From positions 558,001-622,000 of the forward strand of contig CM120641.1 in the NCBI GenBank assembly GCA_051362555.1: a stretch of 64,000 nt of DNA, given 5' to 3'. The translations under genes were made by a program, and so were the position numbers. Shown here piece by piece: positions 24,401 to 36,900 of this stretch. The notes under the pieces are model-generated. The model was not told the DNA's origin, made no database searches, and was given only the letters and a program-made list of their open reading frames with translations. How positions within the stretch are numbered: position 1 is the first letter of the stretch; the number at the start of each line of letters is the position of its first letter. Source of the DNA: Lingula anatina (lineage: Eukaryota > Animalia > Brachiopoda).

Positions 24401-27400
24401 GGAAGGACAGGGCGTCACTGCCAGGATAGGGTCAACCAGTGCACCAGTAGTCCCTGTCTGCATGAGGCTCAGTGTGTGGAAGAAGAGGATGACTTCAGGT
24501 GTATATGCAGGTAATATAGGGGTTGATTAATTTGTTATTTAAGAATGGTGCTCATGTTTTTAAAAAAAATAATTGGGCATTGATGAAAGTAGCTGACTGA
24601 AATATTAAAACAACAAAACAGGTAATGACATTTGGCAGAACGCTAATGAGGAAGTTTTAAAGAAATTGGATTATACAAGATCAGTCACTTTTCAAATCAA
24701 ACTCTATTGTTCTGGTCCAATCTCACTGTTTTCTTGAGCCAAAGTTTGAACACCATTGACTTCCTTACTTTGATTTTAGTCTCTTTAGACAAATGATCAT
24801 GAAAACGGGTGTAAGCAATTAATTGTCTGGTAGAAAAAAGGTTTTTAAAAGAGCGTGTATTTTTCTGCATTTCATATACAAAAGAAATGCAGCAACTGAA
24901 AAGTAATATATATGCAATTTGTTTTCAGCGGGCACACATACATGCACACACACGCACACATACACAATCCAACTTGCACAAGAAACTTCCCTTTTCAGGT
25001 AATACAACTTTGTTTTGTGAAACATTTTTTTTTCAAGTTTATGTAATTTTATCATGCAATTCTGTATATTCAGGCCAGGCTATACAGGAGGCCAGTGTGA
25101 GGTGGATATAGATAATTGCCTCAGTTCTCCATGTCTGAACAATGCTACATGTGTGGATGGCCTCCAAACGTACTCCTGTGTCTGTCCTCAGGTAAAGGAA
25201 ACAGTCGCAGTCTACAGGGTATATCATGTCAAGGTTTTAATTGTGGCTTTCTTAAATCTGGGCTCAATTACCTGGTTTAAATCTGGTTCAAGTCCATACT
25301 TCACAAAACTGAAAACTGGTTTCAACCTGGTTTAAATATGGTTTAATTAAGACCATATGTCACATATCTTAAATCTTGGTTCAACCTGGTTTAAACATGG
25401 TATCTTGGTTTATATATATATATATATATATATATAAATCTCAAATCTATGTTTTTAAATTCATATATCGCATATCTGTTTTCCCAATTTGTTTTTTTTT
25501 AATATTTTTTATATTTTTTATATTAGGGATCTAAAGCCACTGATATTCTTTTTTTAACCTTATATTTTACATTTGAAAAACACCAGGGTTTTTTGGGCAT
25601 CCATTGTGAAGAGGACGTGGATGAGTGTCAGTCACAGCCTTGTCACCACAATGGTTCTTGTGAAGATGGTTTGAATGGTTTCACCTGTCACTGCCCAGTT
25701 AACTATACAGGGTGGACATGTTTACATGTAATAGACCCGTGTTCTAGTTCTCCGTGTCATAGCGGGGCTGACTGTGTTCCAGCAGGACTGGAGTATAGGT
25801 GTGGATGTCTGCCAGGTAATACTGCATTGATTTAAGTAATTTGGGCCAGAAATATTATTTTATTGTGACCTATTAATTTTTAATTTTAATGTTTTTTTAA
25901 TGTTTTAAGTGGAAATGTTTTCCCCGATATTGATAAATCAAAATGTGATAAATGGATAAACATATTGTATACAATGTTTTACAACACTTACTATCAATTT
26001 TGTAAATATCTGATGACCATATATGTCCTATATGTCCACACTATCTTTTTAAGTTAATAAAAAGGTTAATATGAAAGATCTCATAGTTGCTTCTGCATAT
26101 TTGACCTGAAGATAAAAATACTTGATTTTAAAGGTTACACAGGCAGCAGATGTGAGGTAGAGATAGACGAGTGTCAGTCAAACCCCTGTCATCATGGAGG
26201 AACATGTGTGGACCAGGTGAACAGCTTCTGGTGCAGGTGTGCTGACAACTTTACTGGGGACACCTGTAGGTCAGGTAGGTATGATTGTAATAGTAATGAA
26301 TTAAAAGACTTAGTATTGGTCTTTGAAAAAAAAATGTAATTTAAAATTTCATAGGAGTCTTCAACAGTTTTCTTGTATTTATCTGCCATGACTCTAGTAC
26401 AGACTCAATTTAAGGTGCAATTTGAATTCCTTTTGGGAGCATAAATTAAATCACCTGAAAGGTCTTTTACTTTTAGGTGAAAAATATCTTTTTAGAAAAC
26501 TACATGTTTTCCTGTTCTTTAAAGCAGTATGCAAACTTTCAGATTTTTATTAAATTAGGTAGCAACCTAGCAATTAATCTGTCATCTGATACTTAATGTT
26601 GATATCTTGAATGCTATGTTATCAGCTGTGGACCCTTGTTTGAATGTGACATACGATGAAGATGGTAATCCAAAGTTAGTTCCCAGTTCAATATGTGGTC
26701 TCCATGGCAACTGTATCTCTCCAGATGGGCAAGTTGCCAAGTGTGAATGCCATCCTTTATTTACAGGAGTCTTCTGTGATATAGGTATGTTGTGGACAAC
26801 TTATTTCTTTTATATACGGAATGTCATTTATCTTTTAGTGTGTATTAGCAATAATGTATTGTTTGTATGTGTGTTTATGTGTGTTTATGTGTGCAAGTGT
26901 GTCTGCATGTGTTTGTAGTCAAGGTACAATTAATATTAGAAATGTGTGGATAAATGTATTGTCCAGTTCTTATTATAAAAAAGTATTTTATATCATTGTA
27001 TAGATTGTTTTTCTTTGAAATATATAAATTGTTTGCAGTTTTGTTAGAAATTTACCTGGTCTTTCAGAAATAATTGATACACCTTGCTATGAGAATACGA
27101 CCCTTCATGAAGATGGAACAGTATGGCCACAGCAATGTAACAATTGTTCTTGTCACCAGGGGGAGATAGAGTGTACAATGGTGATGATTTTCTGCAGTTT
27201 TCTCTTAATTTCATATTCACTTTTATGTGTAAAGCAAATTAAATCATTGCTGAAAAGATACTGGTATATAAATACAAAAATGCCTAAATGTGACATCTTT
27301 AAGGAGAACTGGGAATTTTTGCACCAAATGAGATTTTTCTCAAGAAAAAGGCAATTTTGTCCTACTCAGTAATCATTGCTCAACCTGCGCTGCCATTGGA

Positions 27401-29630
27401 ATCGATGCTTTATACCATTTCTAGTGAGATGTATTAAGCTTGTGAGGTTCTAAGATTCAGAAGGAAATTATGACATCAGGCATGCTTCTGATGAACTTTT
27501 TTTATTTGAGTTTTATTTGGTTTTTAAAACATATGCTGAATCATATTTGTTATCAAAAAAATATTCCAAAAACAAAGTAGAAAAGGAAAAGGCAAATTGC
27601 AAAGGATAATTCAGTTAATGGAATAATTTCTTTTATGTTTATTCTTGCTATTTCTAGTTGTGGTGTGGACGAGAAAAGTGTGCTTTAGCAGAGGATACTC
27701 AACAGAATACATTGCCACCAGATGTCAGGCTAACTTGCCCCCCAGGACAAACTTGTAATAAAATTTTAGATCTTGAATGTCTCAGTCCCCCCTGCAGTAC
27801 TCAGTATGGGCTCTGTAGCTACCAGGGCTCCTCTTGGTGTAGCCCTCTATTGGGCTCTGCTGGACCAGAATGTACCAAGCTGAAAGTTATACTGGACCAA
27901 AAAAATATACCAAAGGTGAGACTTTGCTACTTAAAAAGCCTGCTGTACTCTTGTGCATGTAATGAAATTCACGCTTATGTAAACAAAGTTCTGTGGAAAA
28001 GGATTTTAAAAATAAATTTGTTGGCATGATATTTTCTAATTTTTGGCAAGATAACAATTTTATTATTTTCGAGACCAGGGACCATTTTTAACAAAAAGTA
28101 CTTTTTACCATTTATTTATTTTCACCAGTCTTTACCCATATAGAATCGGACAAAAGATATACAACTTCTGCTTTTTTTGATGTTTTTATTAACTTAATTG
28201 TAGATATACAACTTCTGTTTGTTAACGTAGCAGTACCCCAGTACTTTGTTGCAAAATTTCAGGGATTCACAGTTGAAGAATTCTGCCATGCTGTACGGAA
28301 GATTCCATCAATAAGGAAGTTTTACCAGACGTCACCTTTGATAATCCAGTGTCAACAAGTGCAGACTGAGAAGAAAATACAGTTAGGAATATCAGTGGTG
28401 AGGAGTGATACCGTTACATTTAGTTGATGTCATTTGTTGAACAATAAGCTTTCTGCATGGGTTGTTATAACTATTATAATAAGAAAAGTCAGGAATTGTG
28501 ATAGGAGAACCAAGAAATTGCTCAAACATATAGAACATTTTTTTTTAAACTTTGGTTTGAGAAGAAACATAGTGTCTGGATATATTAATTATTATATACA
28601 TGTAGCAACTATACACATATAGTAATGTAGTGGTGCATTTTGGAAATCAAGGTAATTTTTTCAATGTTTAATTGTAAATAAATTGATACCACATCAGGAG
28701 AGTGAGAACGGGACTGGTCTTGGCTTGATTGCTGCAGCAGAGCTGAGGGACAACATGAAAGCTGAGGCAGGGAGAGAGGACAGCGACTTCACCGCTGTGG
28801 TAGATGTGACATTTGGAGACATAGTGGCCAAGGAACAGAAACGGAGCAGTAGTGAGTTTATTTTTATATATGTTAATTGAAGATTCCATTTTGGAAATAT
28901 TCGGAGTAGGAGTTTATATAATGCTAACGAATCATTTGTTTGATTTTTTATATTAAATAAGAGACTTCATTGCAAAACTCCTTAATGTTTTGTCTTTGAG
29001 TATATTTTTTCCTTGATGTACTAATGTTATGATGTAGATGAAAACTGCTTGCTAAGTTAATTATGCATTGCATATCTCAAAGGCACATGTGAAAATCTAT
29101 ATCAGAAATCATGACGTGAATCAGTAAATAAAGGCAAAATTTCTTAAGGCAAAAACAAATGACTTGAATACTGATATGATCTCCATTTATCTGTTATGAA
29201 GACATGAAATAATACATTACTTTGAAATACATAGAACCTTCATTATTTCTCAGTTGTTGAATTCAGTGGAGGAATTTAATTTTTTAAAATTTTTTTTATT
29301 TCAGAAGGAGACAGTTTGTTATTGACATTCATCATTGCATCCAGTGTTGCTGCGTTTGGATTACTCACTGTGATAATAGTGTATTGTAGGAGAAAATGTA
29401 ACGCAAAAAAGTTGCATTCCTCTGTGAAGGTAGGAGATGGACAGGAGCCATATTTGGTCCTGTCACCCGAGAATTCCACCAGCAAGACAACTGCTTTTAT
29501 AAACCCGGTGTATGGCAGAAACAGTCATGAAACGGAGTCTGCAACATGTGATAAAAATTTGACCTTGGAAGAGCGACATGTGTCACAGTTTGTAACATTT
29601 GGAAAAAGGCAAAACGAAAGCTTATCATAA
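15466..29630 (+). CDS. Serrate/Jagged-like single-pass membrane protein with expanded calcium-binding EGF array (5' part outside window)
   Basis: Phase-compatible GT-AG exons: 15466-15676, 16112-16242, 16459-16752, 17102-17249, 18786-18933, 19310-19628, 20030-20152, 20437-20769, 21048-21258, 21593-21837, 22478-22688, 23506-23759, 24009-24113, 24288-24510, 25074-25191, 25587-25815, 26134-26274, 26626-26784, 27068-27180, 27658-27915, 28263-28397, 28698-28851, 29305-29630. About 31 EGFs (DINEC-type). The last has the Jagged EGF10-type insert ([10 protein letters not shown]), followed by VWC ([18 protein letters not shown]), a Jagged-type juxtamembrane region ([23 protein letters not shown]), TM ([24 protein letters not shown]) and a tail with FINPVY. 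Confidence 0.85.
17494..18858 (+). repeat. Minisatellite of 78/63-bp units, each a splice acceptor plus the start of an EGF exon (19 copies)
   Basis: Unit tctatttcag|TTGTTATCCAGGCTACACTGGCAG(A/T)GTATGTAGTGT(G/A)GATATTAATGAATGTC with optional 15-bp extension; nine 78-mers, eight 63-mers and one 77-mer (sum 1283 bp = 17503 to 18785) precede the genuine exon. Confidence 0.95.
21779..22080 (+). repeat. 60-bp tandem repeat (5 copies) of an EGF exon end plus splice donor
   Basis: tgtaga(g/t)ggcagcacctgtagggacgctgtggctggttacttgtgtttgtctgccag|gtatgt at 21841, 21901, 21961 and 22021 (last diverged), copied from the end of exon 21593-21837. Confidence 0.92.
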
Positions 29631-30360
29631 GTGGGAACAGAAATAGATGATAAGTTGATTCATAGATCATCAAGGTTTACACACATTTGCATGACTTATG
29701 CCTGGTAACATTATAATTATGTGCCCACATGACGAAAATGGTGCCAAAAAGGAGAAAAGCTTTAACATATAGAGGAGAAAGATGCTGCAGAAGGGCCCCT
29801 TTACATTTCAGATAACACTAGAACGTGAACAGTTGATACACAATTTCAATCAAAGCAATCAAAAAGTGAAGAAAAGCTGGGGATTGCTGCTTTATGTAAT
29901 AAATACCAAGCTTTGTTCTCTTTGAATTGTATTCATTTGACTCCAGTATTACTGAAATATCTAGACAGAATCAAACTTATTCCTGTGGTTGAAAGTTTTT
30001 AAAGATAATGTGTTTGAGGAGATATTAAGCAATGAGCACAATTTGAACATGATTGTGTTTGAGGTGCTATTAAGCAATGAGCACAACTTGATTGTGTTTC
30101 TTCCATGAAATTATTCTGTGATTGTGTCTGTGCAATGGACAGTGACATTTGTAATCTTTAATGCACAATTACTGGAAAACAATTTATAGTTGTATTTCCA
30201 ATTTTCAATATTGTTTTATGTTACTTATATACCTCGGCTTTTTACATTTTATTTTTCAGAAATCACTGAATGCTCACGAATGTTATTTAAAACAAGTACA
30301 GTGATTAAGGTGACATTAACTTCACTTTCAGACTGTACTTCTGTTAAATATTTTACAAAA

Positions 30361-30370
30361 AATAAATAAA
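30361..30370 (+). terminator. Candidate polyadenylation signal of the Jagged-like gene
   Basis: Overlapping AATAAATAAA about 730 nt after the stop, followed by T-rich tracts at 30420-30450. Confidence 0.35.
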
Positions 30371-33300
30371 TAAGAAATAGTAAATGAAAATGCAATGTTT
30401 TAAAGTTAACCTGCAATTAGTTTTTTTTTTTAAGAAAACATTTTTTTTTATCAATTGAGCCATTATGTCCTTTTTACACAGAGTGAAATGAAACTATAAA
30501 ATTAAACTTGTTACATTCTGAGCTCATTGGTCCAGCCCAGTTTGGCCCTATGATCAGCCCCAAGCTTTAGGTAACTAATATTCCAACTGAGCAGTTTTGA
30601 TGTTATGGTATTTATATTAAAATTGATTATTTGATAATATCCAAACTTTCCTGAGAAAATAATCAAATAGAAGAACATATTAAACAGTCACCGCCCGTGT
30701 GAGCACTTAAAACAAGCACCAGACCCCTCTAATATGAATATAGAAATCAAATTAGACACAATGAATTAAGAGTTCAGACACTGCTATGGTCAGTGCTTTC
30801 TCTGGCATACTCTTATAGTACATGGAGTGATTTCCTCACTGTGTTCATGGCCCATACATAGGACAGTGACTAATTCATCATAAATATGCAGCTATAGTAA
30901 ACCACGGACATTAAACACGGGATGGATTAGTAAGAACTGTTAACTGTACCAGCAGACTATACCCATACAGCATTTGCCTTATGTAGTTCATCACCATTGC
31001 CTTCACGGTCCTCAATAGTGCTACTAATGCTAGTTTGTACAACTGCAGGCATACCAATGCTCCACATTTCCTTAATTCTTTCTCGGAAAATATGGCAGCT
31101 TTACATGTGGGAAATGAAAAAGGCGGTTTAATTTAACACTCTGCTTGCTTCAGGATAAATGGAAGAGTGTCAGGAGAGAAAAAAGAAGTAGTTAAGGCCC
31201 TATCATCTTAAATGTCAGTATCGTCTGAGGACCGCAAGGCAGATAAGAAAGACTAATGACTGTATTGGGACACGCAAGTAGTGAGCTATGGTAAAATTTA
31301 ATCAAAGTTTATTTCATGAAGGGCTCTCTAAGCCAGTTGGATATCACCCATTTACCACACTTTGGGCTTGATAACCAACGATCCTCCGACTTTAATGGCA
31401 TTACATGGGTAATTACATCTCTTCTGACTGTGCAGGCCCAGGTAGTTTTCACCAGTTGACTGCGCCACTAAATTATTATCCCCATTTATCTAGCTCATTT
31501 TTTTGTCCCTGAGCGGCAGTTATTGGATTCTGTGGATAAACTGAGCAAACAAACAGAAAGAAAATCCCAGGTTTCAATATCATTGCCATTTTATTAAAAG
31601 CCTTCCCGTCAACCTTTTGAGCAAATAACAATCAAATAACAATCCTGATTGTTTCCCCAATATTTATTGACGATGTGATACACTGAAATCAATAAACATC
31701 AATTCTGTGCCGGCACAAAAGTTAATGTCTCGAAGAAAAGTGGAATCCATTAATTATATGGTCTTTGATTTCGGTGCTCACCTCTGCAGCATCAGTTGAC
31801 GGTGATAAAAATGACAGATCAGGCAGAGACCCCGAGAGCTTTGTTTTTTTAAATAACCTCAGCATTGTTGAATTAAAGTTCAATTTACCATAGAAACTAA
31901 AGGTTGGAAGTTTTTTTATCAAGCAGGAAACACACTTTTTTGTCAAATGAGATTAGGATTACCAAGTGTTTTACAGCTGGTGTCTAGAGAGAAGGTAATT
32001 AAACCTTTTGTTTTTTTTAAAGTGATATATTATATTGAACCATTATGTTCTTGCTGCGCATGTATGATGTCTTCTTACAGGGATATAATGGAGTTTGTAG
32101 ACATGAAAAAGAATAATCGTCCTCTGTCACTCTACTCCCTGATGTTCTATAAGTATGACTGGAATGAAGTTACACAATAGGTAACACTTATACCATTAAC
32201 ATCAAAAGTCCATTAACTCCACACAACAACCTCCCTGTTTTAAACCCAGTCAATAGATTCCCATGGCTCATTGTCATGTACAATTCAATTGCTTCTTTTG
32301 TGGGCAGATACGTTGTTCAGTACGGTAGAAAAAATATACAAGAAAGGAGATCTTTCAATGCAAGCCATTGCTTTCTTTCACATGAAGCTGTGGAAGATCC
32401 AGGGGGTTTCTGAAGCGAGACTGGGGGGGAGGGAGGGGGGGGGTAGTGGTAAAAATTGCTCCTTCTGGGCATGTGTACATGAAGAAGACTGTGTTTGAAC
32501 TGGCCAATAGCAAAAATTGATTTATAGAAATGTAGTAAATGTACACTTTTCTTGAACTTACAGAATACTAATAACATGTTTTTATTCCCGAATTTGTCCA
32601 AAATTAAATTAAATTAATAGTTCATTTCAATTTCTATCCTATAATGAAACTAATTCAAAGTGTTTCTATAGTTCCGTTTCCACAAAATTCCTTGATTCAG
32701 CTCTCCCCACTCCTCCCAACCTTCACCTGTTTCTTTTTTGGAGTTTAAGAACACACACACACACACACACCTCCAAGGTAATATTATTAGCATGGTTTTA
32801 TGTAAAACCTGGCATTTGACTTATGAAAAATTTGCCAGGTGGCAGCACTTTTCTGACAAAATGAAGATTTCCATCAAGATTGTGTTTAATATAGTTATCA
32901 AAGTGAATTTTTAAAACAAATTTTCAGCAAATATTATTATTTATCTAGAGGAGTTGTACATTTAACCAAAGAAAAGAAAAGTCACACACTTTCAAACTGC
33001 TTTAATATCAGTTTGACGCTTATCTCCAGTTCAAAATGGTGGGTGGTAAAATTGTTGCCAGTCCCTTGGACCAACTGAATTCCATTTTCCTCTGGGCCTT
33101 GAAAATTATATTGATCATGACTAGTAGAACCTGTATGTCAGTTGACTGAATGATAAACTAGCGTAAATCTGACATCATTTTACAAAAAGGTTTGAAATTA
33201 ACTTTATTATATAAAGCTGAACATAAAACTGATACCAGGCAATTTCCCACATGAGGTAGAGCTAGAAATGGCAGCTCACAGCTGAAATCATGCGTCATTA

Positions 33301-33950
33301 AATGCTAGACTACCTAGTTTAAATCTGATATCATTAAAATTTATAAAGTCATTATCTTTATAATCCAAAGCTTAACAAATATATTACTGACAAAAGGCAT
33401 ACATGGGGTAGTCATACTAGTAGCTCCACAATGGAGTTCTCAGGTGAGTCTTGCATCATTTCAGTGACAGGCTAGCTTACACCTGATCAATTTTACAAAA
33501 AAGCATAAAATCATTTTCTTTAAAAAATCAAAACTTTCAATGACAAAAGGCAGCTTTGGCTCCAATAAGAACCAGGTGGACAAATCCTCAGCCTTCAGTT
33601 ATTGATCCTTTTCTCTTTGGTTTTTTTTTCTGTGTTGACACAGTTACTGGTTAGCAGTATTTGAGAGGAATTTTCCTCCAATCATGAGCGATTTTTTGAA
33701 AGTTCTGTTCATATAGATCAAGTTCGTTAAAAAAGTTATAAATATATTAAGATACTGTTTATAATTTTGGTTTAACAAAATAGCATGAAAATGATTTATC
33801 AACATATGCCATAAAAATAGAAAAATTAATTCAAAGCATACAAAGCATAATGTGCAGTCATTTTATTATCATTATGTCATCTTTGAGGAATACATGAAAT
33901 CTTGTCAAAGAGATGAAAGAGTTCACAAAATGCACCTTCCCCTCACTTCT

Positions 33951-36900
33951 TCAGAAGAAATCATGATTCCCTACTCTCTTGGCAGGCCGTCCATCACCCA
34001 CTGTGCAAGACAGCACTTGGAACTTCTTCTTGAATTCATCAATATTCACATAACAACCCTGGAATTGGTTAAATTGTTTTACTTCTCATTTTGGAAAACA
34101 AGGCAGCAGAGCTGTCAAACGTACAGACAAAAAGCAGAAAATAATAATGCACGTTACTGTCAAAACTTCAACAAAGTAATCTAATCAAGCTAATTTTCAG
34201 ACCTTTGAATCAGACCTGCGAGTTTTAAAGCAAAATATAACATGGTCTCTATTTTATTTGTATATTTCTGGATAAAATATGCCGAAAAAAGAAAATTAAA
34301 CAGTATAATTTTTGGAAAAATTATCAGATCAGGCTTATTTTCAAACTTAACCTGTATTTCATGAATATTCATCAGTTCTGTAAGTTTGAAGACAAAAGGT
34401 AAAATGGTTTTCATTTTATTTGTATAACAGTGCATAAAATATGCTAAAAAAAAGCCAAAAAAAAGCATAACTTTCTGAAAAATGGTCAGATCAGGCTGAT
34501 TTTCAAACTTGACCTGAATTTCATAAATTTTCATCAATTCTGTAAGTTTGAAGACACAAGGTAAAATGGTTTTCTTCCTCTTTGTATAACAATGAAAGTG
34601 ACGCCAATAACACACTGGCCATACCAGACTCAGGCAACAGCAATATGTACATGCAGACACATCTGTGTCTGTATATAAAAACTCAACATGCATGTTAAAC
34701 CTTGACCACTGGAAAGTTAAATCTATAACACTAAATGAAAACATTAACTTATTTTTACTTAGACTAGTATAATGACCAAGCATATCAGTGTTTCTTTTGC
34801 AGGTTTAAAATCTCACCTGTAGGTGGCGCATACCGCCATTCAGCTCAAACGCCTTGCGTCCATGAAGAACTCTTCTGTTATTAAAGACAATCAAGTCTCC
34901 AGGATTCAGATGACGTTCAATCTGTGAAATATTAATATCATAAATATCTCTGCAATTAACTGACCCAGGCAGTGTGCTGATTAATCAAATTTGACAAGGA
35001 AACCAATTAGGGTTAAATGTTTAAAATATGATGAGTGGCTATCAATCCCTATGGCTTTGAGGTACTGAATACATTTCATTCACTTCATAAAATTATTTTT
35101 AAAATCCAATACTTCACTTTGATTTTTCCCAGGTTCAATATAAGTGATTACAGACTTTTGAGTCACTAGCATACTTACTATATGGGGCGAGTTGCAGAGC
35201 ATTGACATAAAGCGATGATAAGCCTTATAATATGGCTCTACATCTTCCTGAAAAATGGAAATAATATACATAATTTTACAGCATTTATAAAAGAAAGAAA
35301 AACCCATCCCCTTTGTGAAGAACTTGAACAAACAGCCTAAATTTATATTGTACTACAAAGGTGCTCATTATTCAAGAATTTTGACCAGAGTATTTATTTC
35401 AGAGGAATAGCAATCCAATATTACCTACCTCAGGCACAAACAGAGGTCCTTCAAAATTTGGTGACCAATTGACAGCAACTATCTAAAAGTATAACACCAG
35501 TTTAATCAAACTACAATTAAAATATCCACAGACACACCCATCTCCCTCTCTCTCTCTCCCTCTCTCTCTCTCTGCCAGTCTTTGATCGCATTCACAACGA
35601 GTTGAGCCAGGCTTTACAAATCCTGGGGACTAAATATGGTGGACGTACATGAAAGAAAAACCGCCTAATCTTGTAATAGTCTCTCTGCCTCTCACACGCC
35701 TCCCCACACGTCATCCCTGCGGGGGGACAGTCATTAAATCTCAGCTCCATTGGGACGACACATTGGGAGGCATGTAATAACATAGTACACACATTTACTC
35801 ACACCCATTTTATACATTGCTATATTGTTGTAACTATCCAACTTTAATCCCTCCCTCAGTATCATCCATATTCCTCTGATTTATTCCTTTAGTCTATCCC
35901 TCACCTCTCTCCTGTGATTCAGTGCTATGTGAGGCCTTTGGTAGGTCATGTACACTGGATATTCTCTGCAATTAAACAATACTACGTTATCGCATTACCT
36001 AAGGTCAACATCTAATGCTTACAGGTATTCTTGCCAAGATATTCCTACCAAATTGATTTTCCTTGTGAAAAAAAAAAAAACTGTGACTTGGCATCATGTA
36101 AAATATTGACAATTTTGTTTTTTTTTTTTTGCTTGAAGCTGTGATATGCCATGGCTTGGACTTTGCAAGAATATAAAGTGCAGGAGGAAATGATGATGTA
36201 AAGAGTGCTTATTAAACAGATTTTACTGTTTTAAGGTCTTAATTGGGAAGGATAATAAGCTTTGCAGGTTAAAAATATGGCTTTGGGGCACTATCCAACG
36301 CAGGCAGAGAACCTTTCATCATTTCTTTCCAAAAGACTTTTGACAAAGAGTTATAAACAATCAAAAAATAAAAAGCTAATTACTGACAGATCACAGCAGA
36401 AGTAAAAAGAAATGTATCTCTTGGAATTATTTACTACTACTACTACTACTTTTGCTGCTGCTACAATTACTACATCTTTGACCAATCAAAAATATTTCAA
36501 CTGAGCCAGACATAATTCTTACTGTAAGCTTATGTAATTCCATAAACTTGAATTTCAAATTTTATATTTCAGGACGTCATGGAAAAATACAAGAACCTCA
36601 CCTTTCAAAGTGTATTTTCTGAAAAGTAGCTGGCACACGTGCTAATGTTTCAAAATCCTCTGGATACTGTTCCCTGAATTCTTCAGCTACAACAAAGCAG
36701 TCAAGGAATATGCTTTCCCCTCCTGTTACTTCTGGGTCAAATCTAAAAAACAGTTGTCATTCATGTTGAAATAACTTCATCCATTTGATAAACTGTTAAA
36801 AAAAAAAAAAAGTAATATTTTTTTAGACAAATGAAGGAAACCACCTGCAGTATGACACCTGATCTAACCCATTTTTAATATCATAATGCAAGATTTTTTA

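Noticed and set aside
25250-25440. Degenerate approximately 57-bp tandem repeat and (TA)n in an intron
   Set aside because: Does not span a splice site; ordinary intronic minisatellite.
15466-29630. Notch receptor, Crumbs or fibropellin
   Set aside because: No LNR or ankyrin repeats, no laminin-G domains or ERLI end, no avidin domain; the C-terminal domains are Jagged-like.
34190-34783. 197-aa ORF with internal repeats
   Set aside because: It is the tandem core of a HINE-like element inside an intron.
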